Translations under genes and position numbers: made by a program
The notes under the pieces: generated by a model
The model's database searches: none
Told to the model about the DNA's origin: nothing
Seen by the model: only the letters and a program-made list of their open reading frames with translations
Source: a virus
Lineage: Duplodnaviria > Caudoviricetes
Strand: one strand, 5' to 3'
Length of the DNA: 56,293 nt
IMG/VR virus record: IMGVR_UViG_3300035670_000258
Span: 1-56,293 of that record
Shown here: positions 27,001-36,140 of the stretch, one piece after another
How the letters are laid out: each line of letters begins with the position of its first letter
Numbering within the stretch: the stretch's first letter is position 1

Positions 27001-29989
27001 TTTGAATACACTACCGTTAACTGGTTTATATGGCGATAGAGACAAAATAAAAACTGGTAGCAACCTATTTTTTGGTACAACTATAGAGGAAGATTTAAAA
27101 AATTTCACATTATTCAACGATTTTGATAATACCCCAACTAAACTATTAAAAAGTATTTTCACTAAGAACGCAGGGTTCATTAAATCCCCATCACTTTGGT
27201 TGGCGTGGTTAGGTTCAATAATTTGGCGGTATGAAGAAGCTATTGGTAATGCGGACCCGATTAAGAAAAAAGGTGTAGTAGATGGCCAACCAACCAGTTT
27301 AGTGCTAGCGAGGAAAAAAGAAAATAAAAGACACCCTATAATGCCCGACCACACTGAATTATTTCACACTAGTAAACCATATTTGTCAAATAGTGCGTCC
27401 ATGGTGTTTAACCTAGACTCAAGTGCTAAAGATACCGATGGTAATTTAAATGATTGGGGATATGTAAAAATAGATAAAGCTATATTAGGTCTACCTGAAC
27501 AAGCTAAGGATATATTAATTAGCTTTTTCGAAGTTTGGGCGGAAAAGGAGTTTGAATCAGTTAAACAAGAATATCAACTATTCAACGATAGCTTTATTAA
27601 CTTTACTCTAACGACCGCAGGTAGTGTTGAAATGCGACCATGGCTAGATTATCTTGAAGGGCTTATAGCACAAAATACAACCACAGGGACTACAACGAAT
27701 TTTGATAGTACTAACATAATTTCATCAGGTAACCTAGTAATACCAGGTTCTGTAAATAGTTCAGCTGCAAAAAATACTTCTGATGACCTTACTACGGGTA
27801 TAGTACAAGGCGGTTTCGATTATAACGAGGATACATTTTTCTTACCGTATATAAACATAAAATTAGATGGGGATGCGACCAATGGAGGTAACCAGTTAAT
27901 CAGACGCTTATTCAGCGATATTTCTGTGATAGTTAATTTTACACCAAGAACATTCAAATATGTGAAAGATGCTCAATATAAACGAGATGACATATCGGTA
28001 ACCGAAGCGAGCCTTAAAAAATATTTAGACTACTTAATTCAGCAGTATCGGAAGTTATACGAGGCTGAACAAGTCGCTGAAGTAGACACATCAGCGAGAG
28101 ACGCCATATTCGGTTCGTCAAATCTTACATTCATCAAACTAAATATATACAGGCACTTAAAGGCTATCCACGATAAATGGATTACCAACTATGATGAAGC
28201 CTCACTACTATCACCGTGTGGCGATGGTGGTTCGAATAACCTAATTGACAGATTCTTATTTATCGATAAGAATTGGGAGGAAATAGGTAACGAATTTATA
28301 GTAAACCCTTTTGACGTAGAAGAATTGTTGAGAAATAAATTGAATCAGACTATGTATGATGTATTAAGTAACATCTTCTCAAGAAACAACTTTAATTTTA
28401 TACCGCTACCCAACTATGTTGAATATAATGACCCTGAATCGATGGAACAAAACATATTCAAACCGTACCCCTATATAGACATGGTTAAAAGCGATGGCGC
28501 CAACGGAACAGTCGGTCCTAAATTCATATGTATGTATATCGGACAGCGCTCCACTCATTTAGATATAAAAAATTCACAATTCAAGAACGATGGGTTCGAT
28601 TTGAATAACGTTCAAGATTTAATAAAAAAAGGTGGAAGTAAACCTATACCTGCATTTGAAGTCAACTATGGTAGTCAGAATCAGAATTATTTCAAAGACC
28701 TAAAATTAGACCAAAGAGAATTCGTTGAAACTGAGGAGTCGTTGAACATTATTGACCGTATAAGTGACACTGGTGATAAGAATAAATCAACATTTGCTAG
28801 TCAGAATCTGTTTAATGTATATCAGACTAGATCATATAGTGCGGAAGTGACCGCATTGGGTATGCCATTGATTCAACCGATGATGTATTTCCAATTGAAT
28901 AACATACCTATGTTCAGAGGTGCATATGTCATAATAAACACATCACACACCATAAAACCCAATCATATGACAACTTCATTCAAAGGGGTTAGGGTTAAAA
29001 GAGAAAATACACCGATAAATAAACAAGTTATCGCCATTAAAGACTTGAATATTGAGTCTAGTAATATCGCTGGGTTGAAATATGAATTAAACGATAAAAT
29101 ATATACCGATGGTCCGATAGTTGAGACCAACCGAGGCGGCACTTATGATACTACGCCATCAGTAGACATTGAGGCAACTAAGAACTTCTACCTGTCTGGA
29201 TTTAAAGCTAGAATCGAGCAATTGGATAGAAACCCAAGAGTGTACGACTTTAGTAGGCCGTCCAACACTAAGAAAAACGGTATAAACATGTCATTTAATG
29301 AGATTTTCGAGGAAGTGTCTAAAAATACGGGTTTTGATGTTGACGTGATAAAAGTGATTGCTATAATGGAGTCCAACGGCGGATTGAACAAGGGTAAAAT
29401 TTCTAACGGTATGAATTCCTCTGGATTCGTAGGATTAATGCAGTTTGGTCGACCAGCGACAGTTGACGTAACGGATCGAATAAATGCTTATTTGAGGACT
29501 AAAATCAACCTTAATGAATACGTTTTTTTTGGTAACCTGAGTGATGATGGTGCTATAATTTACCCACCTAGCACCAATGGTAGCACATCTGGGCCTTGGC
29601 CTAAAACACAATCAAACGACAGGACTGTAAACTCGATGTTTGATGATTATATTAGTACGTTGGCGGGTGTTTATTATGCTATCAAATACATCAACGGCCC
29701 CTTAGACAACCCCATTAAAATTTACCTTACGCACCAACAAGGTTCTGGCGGTCTAAGTTACATTTTAAGAAACCCTGATAGTGATATCAATATTGATTCT
29801 GGCGATACAAATATCGATAGAATTAAAGAAGGACAGAAAGGTAACCTACCGCCAGGCGCAAAAACCGCAAGACAAAACCAAGAGTGGTACGGTGGTTGGG
29901 CTGGTAATGTTGAAGCTGCCGCCTATAAAGTAAATCCGAATTATGTTAGTAAGTATAGTTCAAGCGAATTTAATAATGCCAAGGTTTAA
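24035..29989 (+). CDS. Baseplate hub protein with C-terminal lytic transglycosylase domain
   Basis: 1984 aa. Hub-like SYSAEVTALGMPLIQPMMYFQL..GAYVIINTSHTI..TTSFKG; SLT motif IKVIAIMESNGG...GFVGLMQFG...IYLTHQQG. Confidence 0.8.
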   Translation: MANNDENQVILVNPNNALGKKGLPLDFKTSQPDDLTIYVELTTQKRSRSKIVDEGNRGFNENIDGSKGKINFISGSDFDGKNKSLTTSYTDISSASLKSNGEDLEGFGIESIDITFDTAYTPLIKIKFVDVRGGMFQRGNDSKYSVFFELPYPLFNLKVKGYYGRTVSYCLHLVKWNALFNSNTGNFEIDAEFIGYTFAILTDLLIGYLRAIPYVRGDGDNAFKSVKDRYEADLISSGDLAGNQVITIDDMFRIISDFQSNLNAINKNSDAFRKLVNVKKSVDAINNIKKRNSEFLFELQKENNNIPANSVGGSTISSILFVKNSSDDYNNYVNDMSTLIGELENFVSGISQVQKNLLKDAIVTDKILISDLFDAGSTPDNVILVNNPSEVIVNKVITSNTKYDVNDSSDANRLRNIIKSIEEGIYKNPSNLKLSETGFYVYDFYKFDKTINNVIDINSKVQSNLIVQYQEELRGKLKTVYDFNPSVQNIIRILMASAETFLIAVQKVAERASKNDLRRETLKNILTVNRNDGLSDIPLSDDTIYPFPLYVEKVTEGSKSQLEEAWIGGNQKIDTAVVDEIEFTEKLLVQLVERKVADINREVDFDNSSSWFSVNPLDSNIFLSSQNPYFKLNRTANSPDEYMRLLMYRTFTYLGLTNPYDKLLDENSLKYMAYVEANNLFYGFPKADYNTATVKTKTSLYDNYKDADSIINHWLTGSDKIKNIYGRSEKIPYINKNTDGYVYDYVRQVVGTSGDSVSYIPISGEYSGQVFFDGAKIKTPAELRSIDNIDFLGNYINCSGSTGVKTNDNAKYLEIIPYARYTTLGSSFELPTSRLGDLVAEDSDYNKNIKGKKIEQSSLNTDNATTTFDTLSYEFYSNQFFNIKSDEQRLQEIESVNESDLSAAFILNTNKGTRLGLANKDDGQNVKYYNGIINQSNVDIILKTVSFVSNNDYNDGVPPEISLFGSPLYYAQNAIQDEEVRNYAKAYLFLNTLPLTGLYGDRDKIKTGSNLFFGTTIEEDLKNFTLFNDFDNTPTKLLKSIFTKNAGFIKSPSLWLAWLGSIIWRYEEAIGNADPIKKKGVVDGQPTSLVLARKKENKRHPIMPDHTELFHTSKPYLSNSASMVFNLDSSAKDTDGNLNDWGYVKIDKAILGLPEQAKDILISFFEVWAEKEFESVKQEYQLFNDSFINFTLTTAGSVEMRPWLDYLEGLIAQNTTTGTTTNFDSTNIISSGNLVIPGSVNSSAAKNTSDDLTTGIVQGGFDYNEDTFFLPYINIKLDGDATNGGNQLIRRLFSDISVIVNFTPRTFKYVKDAQYKRDDISVTEASLKKYLDYLIQQYRKLYEAEQVAEVDTSARDAIFGSSNLTFIKLNIYRHLKAIHDKWITNYDEASLLSPCGDGGSNNLIDRFLFIDKNWEEIGNEFIVNPFDVEELLRNKLNQTMYDVLSNIFSRNNFNFIPLPNYVEYNDPESMEQNIFKPYPYIDMVKSDGANGTVGPKFICMYIGQRSTHLDIKNSQFKNDGFDLNNVQDLIKKGGSKPIPAFEVNYGSQNQNYFKDLKLDQREFVETEESLNIIDRISDTGDKNKSTFASQNLFNVYQTRSYSAEVTALGMPLIQPMMYFQLNNIPMFRGAYVIINTSHTIKPNHMTTSFKGVRVKRENTPINKQVIAIKDLNIESSNIAGLKYELNDKIYTDGPIVETNRGGTYDTTPSVDIEATKNFYLSGFKARIEQLDRNPRVYDFSRPSNTKKNGINMSFNEIFEEVSKNTGFDVDVIKVIAIMESNGGLNKGKISNGMNSSGFVGLMQFGRPATVDVTDRINAYLRTKINLNEYVFFGNLSDDGAIIYPPSTNGSTSGPWPKTQSNDRTVNSMFDDYISTLAGVYYAIKYINGPLDNPIKIYLTHQQGSGGLSYILRNPDSDINIDSGDTNIDRIKEGQKGNLPPGAKTARQNQEWYGGWAGNVEAAAYKVNPNYVSKYSSSEFNNAKV

Positions 29990-30021
29990 TGACTATTATA
30001 TAAAAACAGTATCTTTGCAAC

Positions 30022-30624
30022 ATGACTATAGGTTACATAATATCTGATGACCCTAGACCAATCGGTCAATGGTTCGAAGTCGTACCCTATACTGACTACA
30101 ATGAATCCAAACACAAACCTTGCTTATTCATTGGGATTGAGCGATTGTCAGAATTCTTGAACCAAAAAGTCGATGTCGTCAACAGAAGGTTAAGTGATGA
30201 TAGGTTGTATACGTTCACTAAATACGAATACAGAAAATATTACGAGGATGACCTATACGAATTCAAGAAACGATGCTATGAATCGTTGGTGAATGACATC
30301 TCATATTATTTTGTTGACCCACTATTACTATCTGAGGAAAAATACGCTGTCATGATGAAGAGATGTCTGGATAGAAAAACTAATATGACCATAATGACGT
30401 ATGGTGATATGTACTACGCATCGGTTGATAAGACAATATTAGGCTTCAATAAAAACTTTCAAGGATTCGTACCGACAATCGATTCTGATTTGGACACTTT
30501 AATCGCGGAAGCTAAACGAATATTCAGTGGTGAAGACTTAATACTACAATATTCAGAACATTTAGATATGTTAGGCGGTGAAATAAAATTTCTTCCGTAT
30601 ATTTGTTCTCTGAACGAAAATTGA
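30022..30624 (+). CDS. Hypothetical protein (200 aa)
   Basis: Clean ORF preceded by TATCTTTG (30010-30017). Confidence 0.7.
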   Translation: MTIGYIISDDPRPIGQWFEVVPYTDYNESKHKPCLFIGIERLSEFLNQKVDVVNRRLSDDRLYTFTKYEYRKYYEDDLYEFKKRCYESLVNDISYYFVDPLLLSEEKYAVMMKRCLDRKTNMTIMTYGDMYYASVDKTILGFNKNFQGFVPTIDSDLDTLIAEAKRIFSGEDLILQYSEHLDMLGGEIKFLPYICSLNEN

Positions 30625-30667
30625 TACTTTTTCCGAGTACGCCATATTTATATTAAAACAGTATATT

Positions 30668-30847
30668 ATGACTAATAAGAAAAATATTGTAACGACATTG
30701 GATGAATTTCTGTTTCAGGAAGAACAAACTAATTTAAACAAATTAGAATGCAAAGACGATGTCTGTATCATAAAGAACGATAAAGACCTTGTAGAAGTGG
30801 TCGGAAAACGTATAATTACACAGGACGGCAGACAACTACTCACTTAA
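30668..30847 (+). CDS. Small hypothetical protein (59 aa)
   Basis: Manual translation MTNKKNIVTTLDEFLFQEEQTNLNKLECKDDVCIIKNDKDLVEVVGKRIITQDGRQLLT; TATTTATA at 30645; ends 1 nt before the next ATG. Confidence 0.7.
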   Translation: MTNKKNIVTTLDEFLFQEEQTNLNKLECKDDVCIIKNDKDLVEVVGKRIITQDGRQLLT

Positions 30848-30848
30848 G

Positions 30849-31565
30849 ATGAAGAAGAGCGTTAAACAGATATTGGCTGAAGAAGCTAAAAGATTCAGAC
30901 AGTTGTCAGAATATTCGTTTATTGGCATAAACGAAGCTGACGATGAGGTTGAAGACGCTGAAGGAGGTGACCTAGAGGCAGAATTGGATACGTTGGGTGC
31001 TGAGCTTCAAGACAAAGCACCCGAATCTGGAGATGATTCTGAATTTGGTAGTGCCATCCCAGATGCCGAAGATGAACCTGAAACCGAAGCTCCTGAAGCT
31101 GCTGATGACATGGCTGCCGACCCGATGATGGACTCTGGAGATGAGGTCGAAGTGGATGTTACCGATTTGGTTAACACCTCTAATGAACTTAAAACCTCTT
31201 CTATTGAGACAAATCAAAAGATGGCCGACCTGATAGATAAATTCAATTCATTATCAGACCAGATAACCAAAATGTCAAAATTGGGTCAGAACATAGAAGT
31301 ATTAGATAAAAAAATAAAGGACGTTGAGACTGAAATCGTTAGACGAAACCCAACTCCAACAGAAAAAATTGAAATGCGTTCATTGGACTCATTCCCATAT
31401 AACATAAAACTTTCTGACTTCTGGTCAGATAACGTTGATAAATTATCAGTTGAACCAGAACAAGATAAACCAAAAGAATACGTTTTGACCAAAGCTGATG
31501 TTGATGATTATTCAGATTCAGACATTAGAAAAAGTTTTAACGAATTCGAAGAAGAAGATATTTGA
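30849..31565 (+). CDS. Acidic coiled-coil protein (scaffold/internal-protein-like)
   Basis: ILAEEAKRFRQL N-terminus, Asp/Glu-rich tract, EVEVDVTDLV, then a coiled coil. Confidence 0.55.
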   Translation: MKKSVKQILAEEAKRFRQLSEYSFIGINEADDEVEDAEGGDLEAELDTLGAELQDKAPESGDDSEFGSAIPDAEDEPETEAPEAADDMAADPMMDSGDEVEVDVTDLVNTSNELKTSSIETNQKMADLIDKFNSLSDQITKMSKLGQNIEVLDKKIKDVETEIVRRNPTPTEKIEMRSLDSFPYNIKLSDFWSDNVDKLSVEPEQDKPKEYVLTKADVDDYSDSDIRKSFNEFEEEDI

Positions 31566-31588
31566 ACATTATTTTTTTAAACATCCAG

Positions 31589-31619
31589 TTGACAAGTTCT
31601 AATTTTTAAGGTACCTTTG
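31589..31619 (+). promoter_or_regulatory. Early/middle promoter of the replication block
   Basis: TTGACA-N17-TACCTTTG, fitting both sigma70 -35/-10 spacing and the Bacteroidota -7 consensus. Confidence 0.7.
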
Positions 31620-31648
31620 AGAACTGTTAACTGACTACATAAATCAAT

Positions 31649-31672
31649 TAACATAATAACATAATAACATAA
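31649..31672 (+). repeat. Tandem repeat (TAACATAA)x3 in the SSB leader
   Basis: Three exact 8-mers ending 18 nt before the SSB ATG. Confidence 0.85.
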
Positions 31673-31690
31673 TCTAAAAAAAACATCAAA

Positions 31691-32581
31691 ATGAGCGTTT
31701 TAGACAAAATCATTAAACAGTATTCGGAGTCTAGCTCGAATGCGACCTTTACGGAAAAAAGCTATGACATTAAAAATTATTTCACCACTTACTTGGCCGA
31801 TGGCGTAAAGGAGGGAACACGACAAATTCGTATTTTACCTCCAGTAGAAGGTGACGACACCCCGTTTCAAGAAATGTGGGGGCATAAATTCAAAGTAGGA
31901 AAGGATTGGAAAACATTCCCATGTCTGAAAAAAGAAGAAAATTCGCCTTGTCCTTTCTGTGAAGCTAGGGAAATCTTACGTGCCGAAGGAACTGAACAAG
32001 CAAAAGAATCTGCAAAGAAATATAATGCACGTAGATTCTACGTAATCAGGGTTATCGACCGTGAGAAAGAAGGCGAAGGGGTTAAATTCTGGAGGATTCA
32101 AGAATCTTATGATAAGACAGGTACCTTCGATAAAATCGTATCGGCTTTCAAAGTTATGAAGCGAGATTTGTCAGACCCGAAGACTGGTATGGATTTGGTT
32201 CTGACTATTGCCAGAAACTCCAAAGGGTTCCCAATCGTACAGAATATCACACCAGTTGGTGAATCGGTTCTTAGTGAGAACGCTGAACTGATGAACACTT
32301 GGTTATCTGATACCCGTACTTGGAAGGACGTTTATGCAACCAAGCCTTATGAGTATTTGGAAATCGTGGTTAAAGGCGGTGAACCAGCTTATGACAAAAA
32401 ATTGAACCGTTGGGTTGACAAAGTGGAACTGAGTGATGATAATTCAGGAGGCAACACTAGCGCTGACTCAGACGAACTAGGTTCGGAATTGACAATGGCT
32501 TCGGCTAAATCAGAAATGATGGTAAAGACCACCGTTAATGGTGTCGATGCCTCAGACGATGATGACGACCTGCCGTTCTAA
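31691..32581 (+). CDS. Single-stranded DNA-binding protein (T4 gp32-like)
   Basis: IRILPP, H...C...CPFCE Zn motif, VIDREKEGEGVKFW, acidic tail DDDDDLPF. Confidence 0.9.
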   Translation: MSVLDKIIKQYSESSSNATFTEKSYDIKNYFTTYLADGVKEGTRQIRILPPVEGDDTPFQEMWGHKFKVGKDWKTFPCLKKEENSPCPFCEAREILRAEGTEQAKESAKKYNARRFYVIRVIDREKEGEGVKFWRIQESYDKTGTFDKIVSAFKVMKRDLSDPKTGMDLVLTIARNSKGFPIVQNITPVGESVLSENAELMNTWLSDTRTWKDVYATKPYEYLEIVVKGGEPAYDKKLNRWVDKVELSDDNSGGNTSADSDELGSELTMASAKSEMMVKTTVNGVDASDDDDDLPF

Positions 32582-32595
32582 TTCATGAATCTTAT

Positions 32596-32635
32596 ATGGG
32601 GTGGTGAGGTCGATGTATCTCGCTACCCCATTTTT
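32596..32635 (+). terminator. Intrinsic terminator after SSB
   Basis: ATGGGGTGGTGAG...CTCGCTACCCCAT stem followed by a T run. Confidence 0.7.
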
Positions 32636-32662
32636 ATAACAAAAAAATAAAAAAATACAATA

Positions 32663-33772
32663 ATGGCAAAAAGAGTTAAACCTAGCACAGGTGCTGGGGA
32701 GGGTAAACCGTTCGATTTAGCATCGTTCAAAAAACAGAACAACTTAGATGTTGTAGTAAAAGATAAGGAATTAAGCTGGATTCCGTTGTCACCAGCTTTT
32801 CATGAGGCGGTAAAATTGCCAGGTGTTCCTCGCGGATATCTGGTATCGTTCAGAGGATATAGTAACACAGGTAAATCAACTGCAATCTATGAAACTGTAG
32901 CTGGCGCACAAAAGATAGGTGACCTACCAGTAATCATTGAAACTGAAGGTAACTGGAACTGGGAACACGCTAGAAACATCGGTGTACAATTTACTGAGGT
33001 GATTGATGAAGAAACGGGTGAAATTATCGACTACGAAGGCGACTTCATCTTTGTAAGCGGTGAAGACTTACTGAATAAGTACCGAAATTTCGACCACAGT
33101 TCAGGTAAAGAAGTTAATAAGGCTATGCGGTTTGAACCTGTAATCGAGGATATTTCTCTATTTATGACCGAACTTATGGACGCACAAGAAAACGGGCAAC
33201 TACCAAGATCACTTGTGTTCTGCTGGGACTCTATCGGGTCGATTAACAGTTTTAGATCCGCAACATCCAAATCGAGTAATAATCAGTGGAACGCTGGCGC
33301 GATGGAGAGTGCGTTCAAGAGTATTAACAACCATAGAATACCATCATCACGTAAAGAGGGTAAGAAGTATACTAACACGTTCGTTGTGGTACAGAAGATT
33401 TGGTTGGATAACGAGAATAAAGTCGTTAAACACAAAGGAGGTGAAGCGTTCTTCTACTCACCACGACTGATTTTCCATTTTGGCGGAATCCTCACCCACT
33501 CAACAGCTAAACTTAAGGCCACGTCTGGAGGTGAAACATATCAGTTCGGTATCGAGACTAAAATAAAATGTGAGAAAAACCAAGTGAACGGAATTGAAGA
33601 ACAAGGCGTAATCGCATCCACACCTCACGGATATTGGAACCCTGATAAGATTGAGGAATACAAAAAAATTCACCGACAGTTCATTCTAAGTAAACTAAAC
33701 ACATCGTATGATGATTTTGTTATCGAAAAGGAAGCTGTGAACGACTTGGACGGTGAGGATATGTCAGCTTGA
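32663..33772 (+). CDS. uvsX: RecA/UvsX-like recombinase
   Basis: Walker A GYSNTGKS, IETEG, Walker B FCWDSIGS, KGGEAFFY, KNQVNG. Confidence 0.88.
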   Translation: MAKRVKPSTGAGEGKPFDLASFKKQNNLDVVVKDKELSWIPLSPAFHEAVKLPGVPRGYLVSFRGYSNTGKSTAIYETVAGAQKIGDLPVIIETEGNWNWEHARNIGVQFTEVIDEETGEIIDYEGDFIFVSGEDLLNKYRNFDHSSGKEVNKAMRFEPVIEDISLFMTELMDAQENGQLPRSLVFCWDSIGSINSFRSATSKSSNNQWNAGAMESAFKSINNHRIPSSRKEGKKYTNTFVVVQKIWLDNENKVVKHKGGEAFFYSPRLIFHFGGILTHSTAKLKATSGGETYQFGIETKIKCEKNQVNGIEEQGVIASTPHGYWNPDKIEEYKKIHRQFILSKLNTSYDDFVIEKEAVNDLDGEDMSA

Positions 33773-33807
33773 AAATTAAATAATAACCTAATAACTAATA
33801 AATTAAC

Positions 33808-36102
33808 ATGAAAACACGTAACATTAAAATCACAGACAACTTTAACATCATTGAGCATAACATCGCTTACCAAGAAAAAGTGGAGAAATCGGTATCTGTA
33901 CCGACCAACTTCATGGTTGTAATTGACACTAGCGGTAGCATGAGTAATGAACTACCTATGATTCGTAAGCAGCTTAAAAATAAGCTACCTAACCTATTAA
34001 AAGAGGGTGATACCATCACCATCATTTGGTTCTCAGGTAGAAATGAGGCTGGTATTCTAAAAGAAGAGGTTGAAATTAAAAACCTAACCAGCTTACAAGC
34101 GTTAAATGATTCGATTGATAAGTGGTTGAAACCCGTTGGATTGACAGCTTTTGCTAAACCGCTTAAATTGGTTAAGGAATCGGTAGACCGAATTCGGGCT
34201 AACCGTCCAAATACAGTGTTCGCATTACTATTCATGTCCGATGGTTACAACAACGACTGTTCTTGGTCTGATGTTAAAACTAATCTGATGACACTTCAAG
34301 ATGATATTGTATCATCAACATTCATCGAGTACGGTCACTATGCTGATAGTGAGAAACTATCAGAAATGGCTGAACTTATGGGCGGTGAGAAGATATCGAC
34401 CGCATCGTTCGATGAATACGACGTGTTATTTGATGGTAAAATAACTCAAACCTATAGTTCGGCTAAGAAAATCTCAGTACAATCACCTGTTAATGTTAAC
34501 GACTTGGTATTTGACTTCGCGTTTACCGTTAACGATGCTAACGAGATTATCGCTTTCACTATCAATAATGGCGAAGTGTTGTGTTGGGACAATGTTGAAA
34601 AATTATACTTCTTTAGTAAATCTCAATTAGGTTCTTCCATGTCATTTGATGGGACTGATCAGAACGAGTTGTCTAGAGTATTGTATTCTGCAATATATCT
34701 GCTCACTGACAGAACACAAAATACTGAAGTCGAATTAATATATTCAGTTCTAGGCGACAAATACACGTTCGACATCTTTGTCAATTCTTTCGGTAAACAG
34801 AAACTGAATAATTATAAGAATCTGATTAAAGAGTGCGTTGTCGACGAGAAGAAAAGGTTCCTTTCAGGTCGAGTCGGTAACTTAGTTCTCGATGAACACG
34901 CATATTGCATGCTTGATTTGATCAATGACCTCACTGAGTTTGATGATAACGTCTTCTATCCATCACACGAGGATTTCAACTACAAGCGAATTGGTCAGAA
35001 GAAAGTGGCTAAACAAGTTGAAGTTATAACTGACGAAATTAAAGCTAAATTAGCCAATGCTACCACGGTAGAAGAATTGAGTTCGGTTGTTAAGGAACTC
35101 GAAAATAGTTCAATTGAAGGTGGCCCGTTAAAATTTGTTTATTCTGACCCAACAAAAGGTTGTTCTTTAACGAACTTAGTATGGAATGGTAGTAGGGCTA
35201 ACCTATCAGTTACAGTGCGAAATGATGGATATGTGGTATTACCTAAGAACAAGTTCAACATTGAGAAAGTAGACACTTTCCAATACCGAAACTATACTCT
35301 GATTAAGGATGGTATACTTAACGTTAGTAAATTACCCGTAAAACTGAATCCTGTTACGTTATCTAAATTAAACGGTAAGGTGACAATTGAAAATGTGGAT
35401 GAAAACGGTATAATGACTATTAATTTTAGTAATATCCCTGTAATTAATCGATCAATGGTCAAGGATATCTCAGCGAAACGCTTGGGTGAGTTGGAGTATG
35501 AATTGATAAGACTGCAAGCCAATAAAAAGGTTTACGATTATTACGATAAACTCTTATTTCCAAGACAATCCGAAGGATTGATTACCAAATACGGTAAAGA
35601 CGGTGAAGAATTCTTAAAAGGTCTTGGGATTACAGACTATAACGGGTTTTCACCTAAGACAGAGTTGGTGGAGTCAACAGACTTTTACTATGCCGTGACA
35701 TTGGATACTAAAATCAGCGGTTATTCTTCGCTACCTAAAGTGTCTGACGTGGAGGTTAAATTATTGAAGGATGATAACGCAGTACTGAAACCTACTGAAC
35801 TTCTTTTAGCTGGTGCGATTAAAGACTATTTGAATCAGATTAATTCTGACATGTATAAGAGTCAAGACGATACTACCAAGGATAAGATGATATCTAATTG
35901 GTTGAAAGCCAGTCGTGATAAGTTCAATACGAAGCGTAAGGAAGTTATGCAAGAAATCGCTAAAATCAAATTCTCATTAATCTTGAGTAAGAAGTGGTTC
36001 AAAGAGTTCAAAAACTTTGATGACAACGCTCTCGATATTGATCTTGACGGAAAGAGTATCAACGTTAAATTTGTAATGGAAGAAGAAATGGTCAAAATCT
36101 GA
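33808..36102 (+). CDS. von Willebrand factor A domain protein
   Basis: MIDAS motif VVIDTSGSM, GLTAF, LFMSDGYNN; about 550-aa unknown C-terminal region. Confidence 0.85.
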   Translation: MKTRNIKITDNFNIIEHNIAYQEKVEKSVSVPTNFMVVIDTSGSMSNELPMIRKQLKNKLPNLLKEGDTITIIWFSGRNEAGILKEEVEIKNLTSLQALNDSIDKWLKPVGLTAFAKPLKLVKESVDRIRANRPNTVFALLFMSDGYNNDCSWSDVKTNLMTLQDDIVSSTFIEYGHYADSEKLSEMAELMGGEKISTASFDEYDVLFDGKITQTYSSAKKISVQSPVNVNDLVFDFAFTVNDANEIIAFTINNGEVLCWDNVEKLYFFSKSQLGSSMSFDGTDQNELSRVLYSAIYLLTDRTQNTEVELIYSVLGDKYTFDIFVNSFGKQKLNNYKNLIKECVVDEKKRFLSGRVGNLVLDEHAYCMLDLINDLTEFDDNVFYPSHEDFNYKRIGQKKVAKQVEVITDEIKAKLANATTVEELSSVVKELENSSIEGGPLKFVYSDPTKGCSLTNLVWNGSRANLSVTVRNDGYVVLPKNKFNIEKVDTFQYRNYTLIKDGILNVSKLPVKLNPVTLSKLNGKVTIENVDENGIMTINFSNIPVINRSMVKDISAKRLGELEYELIRLQANKKVYDYYDKLLFPRQSEGLITKYGKDGEEFLKGLGITDYNGFSPKTELVESTDFYYAVTLDTKISGYSSLPKVSDVEVKLLKDDNAVLKPTELLLAGAIKDYLNQINSDMYKSQDDTTKDKMISNWLKASRDKFNTKRKEVMQEIAKIKFSLILSKKWFKEFKNFDDNALDIDLDGKSINVKFVMEEEMVKI

Positions 36103-36112
36103 CCATTTCTTC
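36082..36112. terminator. Perfect 13-bp hairpin over the vWA gene stop codon
   Basis: GAAGAAATGGTCA-AAATC-TGACCATTTCTTC; no immediate U tract. Confidence 0.5.
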
Positions 36113-36140
36113 ACCCATTTAACCTCACTAAATCAATACC

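Noticed and set aside
31649-31672. CRISPR array
   Set aside because: Only three contiguous 8-mers with no spacers; no repeat-spacer array was seen anywhere in the window.
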